Source: an uncultured delta proteobacterium
Lineage (GTDB): Bacteria > Myxococcota_A > Polyangia > Polyangiales > Polyangiaceae
Assembly (NCBI GenBank): GCA_963841435.1
Contig: CAWJCS010000005.1
Location: forward strand, 1,728,001 to 1,792,000
DNA length: 64,000 nucleotides
Direction of reading: 5' to 3'
Under the pieces are notes generated by a model. That model made no database searches, was not told the origin of the DNA, and saw nothing but the letters and a program-made list of their open reading frames with translations. A program made the position numbers and the translations under genes. This document shows, one piece after another, positions 52,023 through 61,635 of the stretch. Every line of letters begins with the position of its first letter. Position 1 is the stretch's first letter.

Positions 52023-53027
52023 TCAGGCGTGGGAGGCGATGTCCTCGACGCGCTTCAGGAGGTCGGCAGGGTACAGCTTGCCGACCAGGGATAGGCGGGC
52101 CTTCTTGAGCACTTCGTCCCAAGCCTTCATGTTGTCGGCGAGGCTCACGGCCTTGACGCCGCGTTTGAGGATGGCGTCGAAGGCGCGGTCGTCGTCGCGA
52201 CGGATGGCCGCCGTGAGCGCGCGCTCGGCCGTCTTGCTCGTTTCCACGAGGGCGGCCCGCAGCGGCTCAGCGAGCTTCATAAAGCTTTCCTTCTTGATGA
52301 CGATGGCGCCGACGACGATGCCGCGCGGCTCCTTCGTCACGTGCGTCGCCTTGGTGAACCACTGGAAGGCGACCGCGGCGATCGAAGTGCCGGGGAAGGC
52401 GTCGATGCGGTTCGTGCGGAGGGCCGGGTAAACCTCGGGCAAGCCGAGCGGCACGCCGTTGACGCCGGCCGCGTCGAGCACGCTCTGCCAGGTCGGGTCG
52501 TCGCGCCAGGTCCACATGCGCGTCTGCCGCATGTCGGCAGGCGTGACGATCGGCCGATTCGCGAACACACGACCCTGACCGGCGTCACCCCAGTAAAGTA
52601 GCTTGAAACCGGCCGAGTCGAACTGCTGCTCGAACTCCGAAGCGAGCTTGGTGCGCACGGCGTCGATGCGCGGGTAGGTGTGGCAAACGCCGGGCGCCTG
52701 CAGCACGAGCGAGGAGCGCACGATCTGGCCGAGCCCGACCGTCGTCACGGCCGCGGCGTCGATCTGACCGGCGCGCATCTTGCGCACGGCGTCACGCTCG
52801 TCGCCCGCGGCACCGCCCGAGTAGAAGTGGATCTCGAGCTGGCCCTTCGTCTTTTCCTTGAGCGAGTTGTTCCACGCTTCGAACACGCGCATCCAGGACG
52901 AACCGTTCGGCGCCAGCGTGGCCATGCGCAGCACCGTCTTCTCGTCGGCGCGGGCGTTGGTGGTGAGGCCGAGCGCCGACGCCGAAGCGGTGGCGGCGGC
53001 AGCCTTCAGGAAATGACGACGCTGCAT
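52023..53027 (-). CDS. dctP: TRAP substrate-binding protein (DctP/TatP type), Tat signal
   Basis: QRRHFLK Tat motif; MATLAPNGSSW, GDERDAVRKMRAGQID, EVYPALRT. Confidence 0.93.
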   Translation of the reverse strand: MQRRHFLKAAAATASASALGLTTNARADEKTVLRMATLAPNGSSWMRVFEAWNNSLKEKTKGQLEIHFYSGGAAGDERDAVRKMRAGQIDAAAVTTVGLGQIVRSSLVLQAPGVCHTYPRIDAVRTKLASEFEQQFDSAGFKLLYWGDAGQGRVFANRPIVTPADMRQTRMWTWRDDPTWQSVLDAAGVNGVPLGLPEVYPALRTNRIDAFPGTSIAAVAFQWFTKATHVTKEPRGIVVGAIVIKKESFMKLAEPLRAALVETSKTAERALTAAIRRDDDRAFDAILKRGVKAVSLADNMKAWDEVLKKARLSLVGKLYPADLLKRVEDIASHA

Positions 53028-53208
53028 GGGGCAATTCTCCTACGGGCGGAATGTTTTCGAGGCGAGCGATCCGCCACGAGGCATCGTACGCGCGGTTGAC
53101 CTAGCACACCCCCTATTCCCGACCAACGTTGGCAATCTCTCGTAACGCGCTGGATTTCTCATCTTTTTGTGTCCGACCCCGCGACGCGTCGCGCGCTGGG
53201 CGAGGCGC

Positions 53209-54435
53209 TCACTTCGCCGCGCCCGAGGGTGTCTTCGTGGTGGTGCTCGGCGCCTTCGTGGGGGCGGTCGGCTCCTTGGGTGCCGCGGTCGTCTTGGTTG
53301 AGGGAGGCTTGGGCGGGGTAGCGGCCTTCGCGGCGGACGCCGGCTTCGCCGGCTCGGGCTTGGCGGCGGCCGGTGCTGCAGCGGTGGCGGGCGTCGGAGG
53401 CGCAGCCGCCGGTGTCACAGCACCAGGCGCCTCTTCAGACTGTGGCCCATCGGGTGGAAGGTCAGGCAGCGGCGGCAAGATCAAATCGTCGCCCCGGCGC
53501 AGAAGGCGCACCGCCCGCCGGTGGGCGATGGTGTTCGGCAGCGCGAGCGTCGTGTGCTCCGGAATGGGCGCGTTGACCACCTCGTTGAGCAGCGCGTCGA
53601 AGAGCTTCCGATTCTGAGACTGGACCGCGTAGTACTGGGCGTAGTTCACGTGTGCGAGCAGGGCCTTGCGCCCCGTGAGCGCGAGCGCGCGCTCGAAGTG
53701 CTGCTTGCCGAGCTCCGGATTTCCTCCGACGCTCGCGCCCCGGCTCGAGTTCACGACGCCGAGGAACACGTGACCCGCCGCGTTGTAATACTTCTCGTCG
53801 AGCTCGACCGACCGCTCGACGAGGGTGCTCGCGAGCGCGAGATCCGCGATGAGCGTCGGATCGTCGCGTGAAACGCCGATGGCCGAGCCCCAGGCGTACC
53901 CGGTCCAGAAAAGGGCCGGAGCGTCCTCCGGATCCTTCAACTCTTCGGTCAGGAACTTCTTGAGCGCGTCGGGGTCGCGCTGGAGCACGTCCTTCAGCTT
54001 GGGCGTCTCGAGCTCGAGGAGCCGGAGCCCGAAGTCGCGGCCCTTGAGGTACATCGCGCGAGCGCGGGCGCGCGCCTGGTCGGCCGCGTCGAGGTCGCCC
54101 TTCTCCTCGGCCCGTTCCTTGTCGTCCTCGACGAAACCGTACGCGTAGGACGCAAACCCCCAGGCCGCGAGCAAAAGAAGATGCGGATCATCCGGACTGA
54201 CGCGCAGCAGCCCCTCGGTCTGGATCAGGTTTCCCGGGATGCCCGTGCGCGCAAACTCGTAGTCCGTCTGCTCCTCGATCGTGGGCGAGGCCTTCTCCAT
54301 GATCTCGGCCTGCGTGCTCACGGCGAGCTTCGTCATGCTGCAGCCGGCGCACAGCGCCACCGCGCCGAGCGGCAGCGCGCGATTCGAAAAGCGACCGAGG
54401 GCCGCCCAGGCGGAGCGTTCACGATGCATGGTCAT
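53209..54435 (-). CDS. tatT: TRAP transporter T-component (TatT) lipoprotein
   Basis: CAGC lipobox; EGLLRVSPDD, SYAYGFVE, ALFWTGYAWG, SVELDEKY, VGGNPELGKQHFERAL helical repeats; sits directly upstream of dctPQM. Confidence 0.88.
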   Translation of the reverse strand: MTMHRERSAWAALGRFSNRALPLGAVALCAGCSMTKLAVSTQAEIMEKASPTIEEQTDYEFARTGIPGNLIQTEGLLRVSPDDPHLLLLAAWGFASYAYGFVEDDKERAEEKGDLDAADQARARARAMYLKGRDFGLRLLELETPKLKDVLQRDPDALKKFLTEELKDPEDAPALFWTGYAWGSAIGVSRDDPTLIADLALASTLVERSVELDEKYYNAAGHVFLGVVNSSRGASVGGNPELGKQHFERALALTGRKALLAHVNYAQYYAVQSQNRKLFDALLNEVVNAPIPEHTTLALPNTIAHRRAVRLLRRGDDLILPPLPDLPPDGPQSEEAPGAVTPAAAPPTPATAAAPAAAKPEPAKPASAAKAATPPKPPSTKTTAAPKEPTAPTKAPSTTTKTPSGAAK

Positions 54436-54494
54436 CTCTCTGGGGCGAAGGACGATGAAGACTCGCTGGCCGAACGTTTCCGGCACTCTTTTCG

Positions 54495-55958
54495 TCAGAA
54501 ACGATACATGAGGTCAATCGACGCCACGTGCGCGTGCGCATCGTACGTGCCGGCGTTGACGGCGGGGGCGGGAATGCCGGGGTAATTCGGGTCACAGAGT
54601 GCGGGATCGGTGTACGGCGGCGTGCACGCGCTGCCCGGCACCACTTGATGAACCCGGGCGTCACCTTCGCTCACGTGGGCGGTCGGCTGATGGCGGTATT
54701 CGTAGGCGAGGGCGAGCTCTGCGCCGCGGTAGAAGAACGACGCGCCGAGTGTCCCGCCCAGCTGCTCACCGCTCGCGAAATCGACGTTCAGGTAGTGTGG
54801 GTTCGCAACGGCGCTCTCGTAGAAGGCACCGGCCCGTACGGTCACGAGGTCCTTCACGGCGGCGTAGTCGCCGCCGAGCATCACGGCGAGCGTGTTGCGC
54901 CAGTGCTTCTCGATCTCGATGCGACCGATGGGGACGTCGTTGCCCTGCAGGTTTGCAATCAAATTGTTCGACTCGACGTCGAAGCGTTTCACCCGGCGCC
55001 ACGTCTCGAGCACGAAGTCGAGCTCCACGTCGAATAGCTCGCGCTCGCCCTCGAGGTGCCGGTAGCGCGCACCGGCGCGGGCCGTGAGCGGCAGCGGGAA
55101 GGTGATGCTCACGTCGTCGGCCGGAATCCCGTCACGCTTGAGCGTGATATCGCCCGCAACGTCGGGGTCCACGGCGGTCGTCGTCAGCTTGCTCTTGGTT
55201 TTCACGTCCGCCGGGATGATCTGCCCCGACAGCGCGAGCTCGAGGAACGGCGCCGGTCGATACCAGGTGCCGAGCACGGCGTTCGGCGTGAAAAGGTCCG
55301 AGCCGTCCGTCGTGGCATGGATGTCGAGCTCGCTCGAAACCGGGTAAGCATTGCCGCCGATCGATGAGCCCTGGATGACGAGGTCGTAGCGGAGCTTCGG
55401 CACGGCGACCCAGACGAGGCTCACTCCGGCGCCGAACACCTCGCGATAGTGATAGGCGGCCGTTGCCGCGTAGTTCACGATCAGCGCCTCGCGGCTCAGC
55501 ATCATGTAGCGCTGGCCGCCGGTGATCGGAAACTCCTCGCGGCTCGCTCCGGTGACGGCGACCGCCGCGAGCGCAAAGCGAAAGTCCGGGAGGCCGAAGT
55601 CGGTCGCCACGCCGAGCAGCGGATCGAGAACCTGCCAGGGCTTCTCGTTGTCCACCGTCGCAAACTCCACGTACGGCGGCACGGCATCGCTCGAGCCCCA
55701 GTCGAGCGTCGGCGCGCGCTTGTACGAGAGCGCATTGTACGAAAAGCGGTTCCCGAGCTGCAGCAGGGTTCCATGCCCGTGGGCGAGACCCGCGGGATTG
55801 ATGATGACGGCGCTGATATCGTCCGCCTTGGCGACGAACGCCCCGCCGCGCCCCGAAGCCTGGGCGCCGTTCGGCCCGTAGAAGTAGCCGCCCGCGAGCG
55901 CCGGGGTGGCCAAGCCCACGAGCGTGCCGAAGACCGACAGGGCAAAGAGTGACCTCAT
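54495..55958 (-). CDS. FadL/OmpP1/TodX-family outer-membrane transporter for hydrophobic compounds
   Basis: Signal ending ALA, then GGY...ASGRGGAFVAKADDISAVIINPAGL hatch motif; terminal YRF. Confidence 0.9.
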   Translation of the reverse strand: MRSLFALSVFGTLVGLATPALAGGYFYGPNGAQASGRGGAFVAKADDISAVIINPAGLAHGHGTLLQLGNRFSYNALSYKRAPTLDWGSSDAVPPYVEFATVDNEKPWQVLDPLLGVATDFGLPDFRFALAAVAVTGASREEFPITGGQRYMMLSREALIVNYAATAAYHYREVFGAGVSLVWVAVPKLRYDLVIQGSSIGGNAYPVSSELDIHATTDGSDLFTPNAVLGTWYRPAPFLELALSGQIIPADVKTKSKLTTTAVDPDVAGDITLKRDGIPADDVSITFPLPLTARAGARYRHLEGERELFDVELDFVLETWRRVKRFDVESNNLIANLQGNDVPIGRIEIEKHWRNTLAVMLGGDYAAVKDLVTVRAGAFYESAVANPHYLNVDFASGEQLGGTLGASFFYRGAELALAYEYRHQPTAHVSEGDARVHQVVPGSACTPPYTDPALCDPNYPGIPAPAVNAGTYDAHAHVASIDLMYRF

Positions 55959-57349
55959 GGCTCGCTCTTCGGCACTCGGCTCGCGCTCGAGTACAGGGAA
56001 TTCGACTTCGTGAGCGTGTGGTAACCGAACGACCAATCGCTCGGCGCTTCGACTCGCCACAGCGACTCGTCGTCCTCGTTGACGAGCTCGAGGCGACCGG
56101 CAGAGCCCCAGCTCACGAACCAATCGCGATTCGGCAGGCGTGTCGGCTCACCGAACGCGTCGACATGGACGCTCGGGTCAGGCAGTAGCACACGCGTTTC
56201 TGCGACGGTCATCGCCGTGAGGTCGAGCTGGTACTCCACGACGCGCGACTCGTCCGCGTTGGCGTCGTTGTCCATCACGAGCAGGCGATCGCCGTAGGCC
56301 GCGAACTGGTGCTGATGCAGGAAAGGGGTCGAGCCGTCCGCGAAGTCGAGCGTGCCGCCCGTCGCGCCGACCACCCAGTCGCAGCTCCCCGTTTGGCGAT
56401 CGACGCGCGCGATGCTGCTCAGGTTTTCGAGGCTCACGTAGTAAACGTCCTCGTCGGCGGTCTCCGAATAATCGAGCGCGTTCGCAAACGTCCAGACCGC
56501 GCCCGTGCTGTCGCCGACGTCGACCGCAGGATCGAAACAGTCTGCCGTCGTGAAGACCGTCGAATTGTCGCCGCCGGGAGCAATCTCGACGATGCGGTCG
56601 CCCCGCGGATCGCTGCCAGAGGGCTCCTCCATCGCGATCGCGGCGATGGTCCCGTCAGCGCGCTCCACGAAATCTCCCGCGAGGTACGGCACCGAAAACG
56701 ACTCCTTCTCCTCACCGTCCAGCCCCACGCGCACGATCTCGGAGTCGGGCGTCGAGTCCTCACCGAGCAGGCTGGCGTCGTAGAGCACGCTGGTGCCGTC
56801 GACGGAGAGCACGGCTCGGTGGATTTCGAGTCCCCGGTCGTCTTCGTGGTACCAGACGATCTGCCCGTCCGTGTCGATGATCGCGACGGTAGGCGCGCCG
56901 CCCTGAAGCGGCACGACGACGTAGCGCTCGAGCCCGCCGCCCTCGAGCGAGAGCGCGGGCAGCTTCGACGGTAGCGAGCCGGTGCGAAACGTCAGGATTT
57001 CGCTCGCGCCCGCGTCGTCGCCGTCCCAGGTGACGACGCGGTAGTAGTACGTCGTATCGGCCTGCAAACCGAGCAACATGTCGGCGTGGGCGACGGCCGG
57101 GTCGGTCTCCATGGGTGTCGAGTACGCCATGGAGGGTGTGGGCCCGTACTCGACGTAAGCCGTACTAGCTTCCGTCGTGCCAAACGTCACGGTCACGAGC
57201 GTCGCGATGTCAGGGCTCTTTTCGACGGATACGCCCGTCGGACGGCGCGCGGCGAGCTCGTCGCCACACGCGCTCACCGCGAGCGCGGCGCCGCAACACG
57301 AAATGGCCAGCCGCCGGCCGACGCCGCCGAACGGACCAGTCGCACTCAC
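55955..57349 (-). CDS. FN3 plus ASST-like beta-propeller lipoprotein, probably catalytically degenerate
   Basis: VSAC lipobox; LLGLQADTTYYYRV, IIDTDGQIVWY, WTFAN, HQHQF, MDN, RLPN; overlapping start/stop with both neighbours. Confidence 0.75.
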   Translation of the reverse strand: MSATGPFGGVGRRLAISCCGAALAVSACGDELAARRPTGVSVEKSPDIATLVTVTFGTTEASTAYVEYGPTPSMAYSTPMETDPAVAHADMLLGLQADTTYYYRVVTWDGDDAGASEILTFRTGSLPSKLPALSLEGGGLERYVVVPLQGGAPTVAIIDTDGQIVWYHEDDRGLEIHRAVLSVDGTSVLYDASLLGEDSTPDSEIVRVGLDGEEKESFSVPYLAGDFVERADGTIAAIAMEEPSGSDPRGDRIVEIAPGGDNSTVFTTADCFDPAVDVGDSTGAVWTFANALDYSETADEDVYYVSLENLSSIARVDRQTGSCDWVVGATGGTLDFADGSTPFLHQHQFAAYGDRLLVMDNDANADESRVVEYQLDLTAMTVAETRVLLPDPSVHVDAFGEPTRLPNRDWFVSWGSAGRLELVNEDDESLWRVEAPSDWSFGYHTLTKSNSLYSSASRVPKSEP

Positions 57350-58386
57350 GGAGCGCTCGGGTTGAGCTCGGAGAGCACGAGAGGCTGCGGGTTCTGGCAG
57401 TTGTTGCAGCGCAGGGCGACCATCCAACTGCCCGTCCCCTGGCCGTCGAAACCGTCGAACGCGTTGCCGTCGGCATCGCGTGCCGCCTCCAGGTTCATGC
57501 TCTTGGTCGCCGCTGGGACGCTCACCTTCCAGAGCGGGTCAGCATTGATCTCAACGTCGAAGAAGTCGTCCTGGACCTGGGTGGGCGTCATGTTCGGGTA
57601 GAACCCGACCAACAGCTCGTTGATGAGATTGAACGCAGTGGGGTTCCCCAGCGAGTCCACCTTGACGTCGCCCCAGCTCGCGACCCACGGGCCGTTCATG
57701 GGAGCGTCAACGGGCGTTCCGAGCGAAGCCTCGAAATCGAGCAGGCCGCAGCCGGTCTCGACGTCCACCTGATCGACGACCGAGCTGTCCGACGGCTTGA
57801 GGAAGGCCATGGTGCTCGTGCCGATGCCCGGGCTCTTCGTGGTACCGGCCGCGACCAGATAAATCAGATTGCTGTCCGTCGTGAAGTCGGACTCGAGATC
57901 GATTGGCGTGCCACCGAGACTTTTGAAGGCGTCGAGCGAAACGCACGGCGACGACTGATCCGTCTCGTACGTCCACACGGCGTCGAAGTCGCTCTGGCTC
58001 AGCGTACCCTTGGTGAGGACCTGGGCCGCCTCCTCTTCGGTCACGTCCTTGAAGCGAAGCAGCGTGAGGAGCTTGATGCCGCTCACGTCAACCGCGTGGC
58101 ACTGAATGTCGTCCATGATGCTGTCGAGGCAGACTTCGACATTCGTACCCGCAACCGTGGGGTGACTGACGGGTGTCAGCACGCTCTTCACGGTCGTGTA
58201 GTTGTTCGCTTGCGACAGCACGATGGTCGCCTGCGTCGAAGGACCTGGATTGGGTCCACTGTCGTCATCGCCACCACCACAGCCCAGCGCGAGGCAAGCT
58301 GCGTAGGCCGCGGAAACTAAAAGAGAAATGCGCGGGCCCTTCGAAGCGCGCGCGAGGGAATGAACGTGTGACGAACGGCTCGACAT
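57346..58386 (-). CDS. Uncharacterised lipoprotein with C-terminal WxVALxCxxCxNPxP motif
   Basis: LGC lipobox; paralog of 45904-47088. Confidence 0.85.
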   Translation of the reverse strand: MSSRSSHVHSLARASKGPRISLLVSAAYAACLALGCGGGDDDSGPNPGPSTQATIVLSQANNYTTVKSVLTPVSHPTVAGTNVEVCLDSIMDDIQCHAVDVSGIKLLTLLRFKDVTEEEAAQVLTKGTLSQSDFDAVWTYETDQSSPCVSLDAFKSLGGTPIDLESDFTTDSNLIYLVAAGTTKSPGIGTSTMAFLKPSDSSVVDQVDVETGCGLLDFEASLGTPVDAPMNGPWVASWGDVKVDSLGNPTAFNLINELLVGFYPNMTPTQVQDDFFDVEINADPLWKVSVPAATKSMNLEAARDADGNAFDGFDGQGTGSWMVALRCNNCQNPQPLVLSELNPSAP

Positions 58387-58735
58387 GGTCGCGGAAGTAG
58401 AGCCCAAAGCGCGACGTTGCGCCAGCCGATCCGAGCACATTTTCGGCTCGAATCATGCGATCAGCGGCTGGGTGCGCGGCCGGTCGGTACACAAATCGAA
58501 ACAACAATTTGGTCTGAAAAGTGCGCGCAAGACTTTGTCCGGGCATCTCTGGTTACAGTTCGCTCTGTCCCCATCGCATGGTCGTGCTCTTGAACTTTTC
58601 CGTTGGCGTCGCGCTTTCGCGAACGGTTTTGCAGTGAGACTGCCCGAATACTATGATGGAGCACGCACGGCGGCGCGGTCGCGCGCACCCGCGAGGTGAC
58701 GCGCGTGACCCACCGTCCCGCCACGGAGATCCCCA

Positions 58736-59792
58736 TTGAGCCTACCCGAACTCTACGTGTCGCGACCGGGCATCAGCCACCCTGCAGCACGCGTCGACAA
58801 CCAGGAAATTCTGCGGCGGGTGCACGAGCGCTACCGAGGCGACGAGGCGGACTGGCCGACCGTCGAATCCGCCATCACGCACGTCTTTGGGCTGTGCAAC
58901 ACGAAGGTCCGCTACCTCGAGGATGATCCGAATGCGCGCGTCGCCGACTACGCCGTGCAGGCAGCGCAGCGTTGCCTCAAGATCAACGGCGTCACGGCGA
59001 GCGAGGTCGACATCGTGATCAGCGGCGGCATCGCCCGGCAGTACTTCGAGCCCGCCACGGCCATGGAGATCGCCGCGAAGCTCGGCCTGAAGCGCACGCA
59101 CGCGCTCGAACGTCACGGCCGCCTGCGTCGGCCACCTCGAAGCCATCCAGGCGGCCGCCGGCTACTTCGCGATCCATGACGACTACCAGACGGCGCTCGT
59201 CTGCGCGTCCGAGCTCTTCGGTCACTACCTGAGCTACGACATCCAGACGGTCAAGGACCTCTACATGAAGTCCGCGGGCCTCACGGTCGGCAACGCCGCG
59301 GCCTGCGTCCTGCTCCGACGGGTGCCGTGGCCAGGTGGTGGCATTCGCCTGATCAAGATCGACTCGTATACGGCGCCTGATCACTGGCACCTCTGCCAGG
59401 TGCCCATCGATCGCACCTTCGAGTCGTCGTCCGTCGAGATGATGCGGCTGAGCAAGCTCATCCCGCCGTGGCTCAAAGACCGCCTGGAGACGCTCGGGTG
59501 GACCCCGCAAGAGGTCAACCACTACGTCTTCCATCAGCCGAGCGAAATGATGGTGAGAAAGCTATTGGAAGACGTGGGCGCGGATCCCGAACGGGGCGTC
59601 TACACCCACTCGCTCTACGGCAACACGGCGAGCGCCGCCGTGGGCGTCACGTACCACCGGCTGCTGGAATCGCGGCAGGTGAAAGAGGGCGACAAGCTCG
59701 TGCTCGGCAGCGCCGCTGCCGGGTTTTCAATGGTATTTTCGGCTGGCATTTGGACGGGACCGAGCGTCGGTCCAACGGAGAATTCAGCATGA
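58736..59792 (+). CDS. OleA-like thiolase/KAS III condensing enzyme, single-base frameshift at about 59110
   Basis: Removing one A restores RQYFEPATA...DVTAAC (catalytic Cys), AGLTVGNAAA, VFHQPS (His), YGNTASA (Asn). Confidence 0.82.
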
Positions 59793-61513
59793 GCTCGTGC
59801 GCGCTCGTCTCGCCGCCATGGCGGCGCGGGCATCGTTTCACGCTCCTCGGAGCGCTTTCGGTTTTGGGGGGTCTGGTTTTCGTCGCGAACGATGCGCGCG
59901 CGCAAGCCGCGCCGGCGGCCCCTCCCGCGGCGCCCGCTCCAACGACCCCGGCGCCGCCCGTGGCGGCCCCGCCAACTGCGGCGCCCGTTGCGCCGGCGGC
60001 GCCAGTGCCGAGCCCTTCGACGGAACCTTCGGCAGGAGCTCCCGCCGAGGGCACCGAGCCTGCGACGACCGAAGCCGAGCCGCCCCCCGCCGAGGCCGAG
60101 GCTTCGTCGGGGAGTGAAAGTGCGGCGACGGATACGGGCTCGGGCCTCTTCGAGAGCAGCTTGTCGGGAAGTGACGACGCCGGCTCTGTAGCTGGAGGCG
60201 GCGGTGCAACGGGCATCGACCTCGGGGGCTACGTTCGCGGTGACGTGTTCGCAGGGATGGTGCCCGACTCCAAGCGCTACGAGATGAAGGCCGCCTACGG
60301 CGAGCTAGCGCTCAAGGTCACCGCCAAAAAGGAGCACCTCGGGACCGCGTTCGCCGAGGCGCGCTTCATGTACGGGCGCGTCGGCGACGACGTGGGGCCG
60401 ACAATAAACCTGCGCGAAGCGTACGTGAGCACGTATCTCGGCCCGCTCGACCTCCGCCTGGGCCAACAGATCGTCGTGTGGGGTCGCGCCGATGCCTTCA
60501 ACCCGACGAATAATCTGACGCCCTTTGATCTGCGCGTGCGTTCTCCCGCCGAGGACGACCGTCAACAGGGTAACGTTGGCGCTCGCGCCTCACTCAACTT
60601 GAGCCCCATCCGGATCGAGGGCGTGTGGATGCCGCTCTACCGGCCGGCGCAGATCCCGTTCATCGTTCCCTGGTACGCGAGGCTGGTGGACGATACTCCA
60701 GAGCCCGATCTCGCGCACGGTACGCAGGGCGCGCGGGTGCACTTGGAGTTGCCGGCCTTCGAGATGTCTGCGTCGTACGTGTACGGCTACGCGCCGCTTC
60801 CGGGGTTCACGTACCACCACCTGATTCACGCCAGCGACGAGCCCAGCGAAACCGCTGCGAGGCCGTGGCAGCTCGAGATCGGGCGAACGCCGTACCAGCA
60901 TCACGTAGTCGGCTTCGATTTCTCCACGGCCATCGGCGATGTGCTCGGCTTGCGTGGCGAGGCCGCCTACCGCTTCCCCATGCATTTTCGCACCCGGTAC
61001 TGGGAGCCGCGCCCGGACCTCCAATACGTGGTTGGGGTCGATCACAATTTCGGCTCGGTGAGTGTCATTGCGCAGTACATGGGCCGCGTGGCGTTTCATT
61101 GGAGCAAGGTCGAAAAGCCGGAGCTTCCCGCGATTGTTAACGGCGACCTCGATACGTTCCTGACCAACGAGATCCTGCCGACCTTCGCGGCGGCCGACAT
61201 CGCGGCGTACGCTCCCGACGACCTCGCGTTCCGAAACCAGATGCTCTTCGGCCAGCTGCACGAGGTGCAGCACCTTGCCTCGCTGCGCGTCGAGTGGCTC
61301 ACCCTGCACGACACGCTCTCGCTCTCGGCGCTCGGCATGGTGAACTTCACCACGCAGGAGTGGCTCGCGTTTCCGAAGGTGCTCTATCACCTGACCGATG
61401 CCCTGAGCACTTCGGTGGGCGCGGAAATCTACGCTGGCCCCACGGGCACCCTGTTCGGTCTCATCGACGAGGAGCTCAGCGCCGTCTACGGCGAGCTCCG
61501 CGCGAGCTTCTGA
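59789..61513 (+). CDS. Outer-membrane beta-barrel (DUF1302-like) with Pro/Ala-rich N-terminus
   Basis: LREAYV...DLRLGQQIVVWGRADAFNPTNNL motif; terminal ASF; ATGA coupling to the thiolase. Confidence 0.78.
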   Translation: MSSCALVSPPWRRGHRFTLLGALSVLGGLVFVANDARAQAAPAAPPAAPAPTTPAPPVAAPPTAAPVAPAAPVPSPSTEPSAGAPAEGTEPATTEAEPPPAEAEASSGSESAATDTGSGLFESSLSGSDDAGSVAGGGGATGIDLGGYVRGDVFAGMVPDSKRYEMKAAYGELALKVTAKKEHLGTAFAEARFMYGRVGDDVGPTINLREAYVSTYLGPLDLRLGQQIVVWGRADAFNPTNNLTPFDLRVRSPAEDDRQQGNVGARASLNLSPIRIEGVWMPLYRPAQIPFIVPWYARLVDDTPEPDLAHGTQGARVHLELPAFEMSASYVYGYAPLPGFTYHHLIHASDEPSETAARPWQLEIGRTPYQHHVVGFDFSTAIGDVLGLRGEAAYRFPMHFRTRYWEPRPDLQYVVGVDHNFGSVSVIAQYMGRVAFHWSKVEKPELPAIVNGDLDTFLTNEILPTFAAADIAAYAPDDLAFRNQMLFGQLHEVQHLASLRVEWLTLHDTLSLSALGMVNFTTQEWLAFPKVLYHLTDALSTSVGAEIYAGPTGTLFGLIDEELSAVYGELRASF

Positions 61514-61635
61514 CGGAGGTCCGGCACGTCGCCTTTTTGCCTTCGAAAATTTTCGTCGCCGGCGAGGAAGATCCTCGACCGAGCCACCGTCTAATCGTAT
61601 TGGAAATACCCCCGCTAAAGGAGCCCGGACCACCG

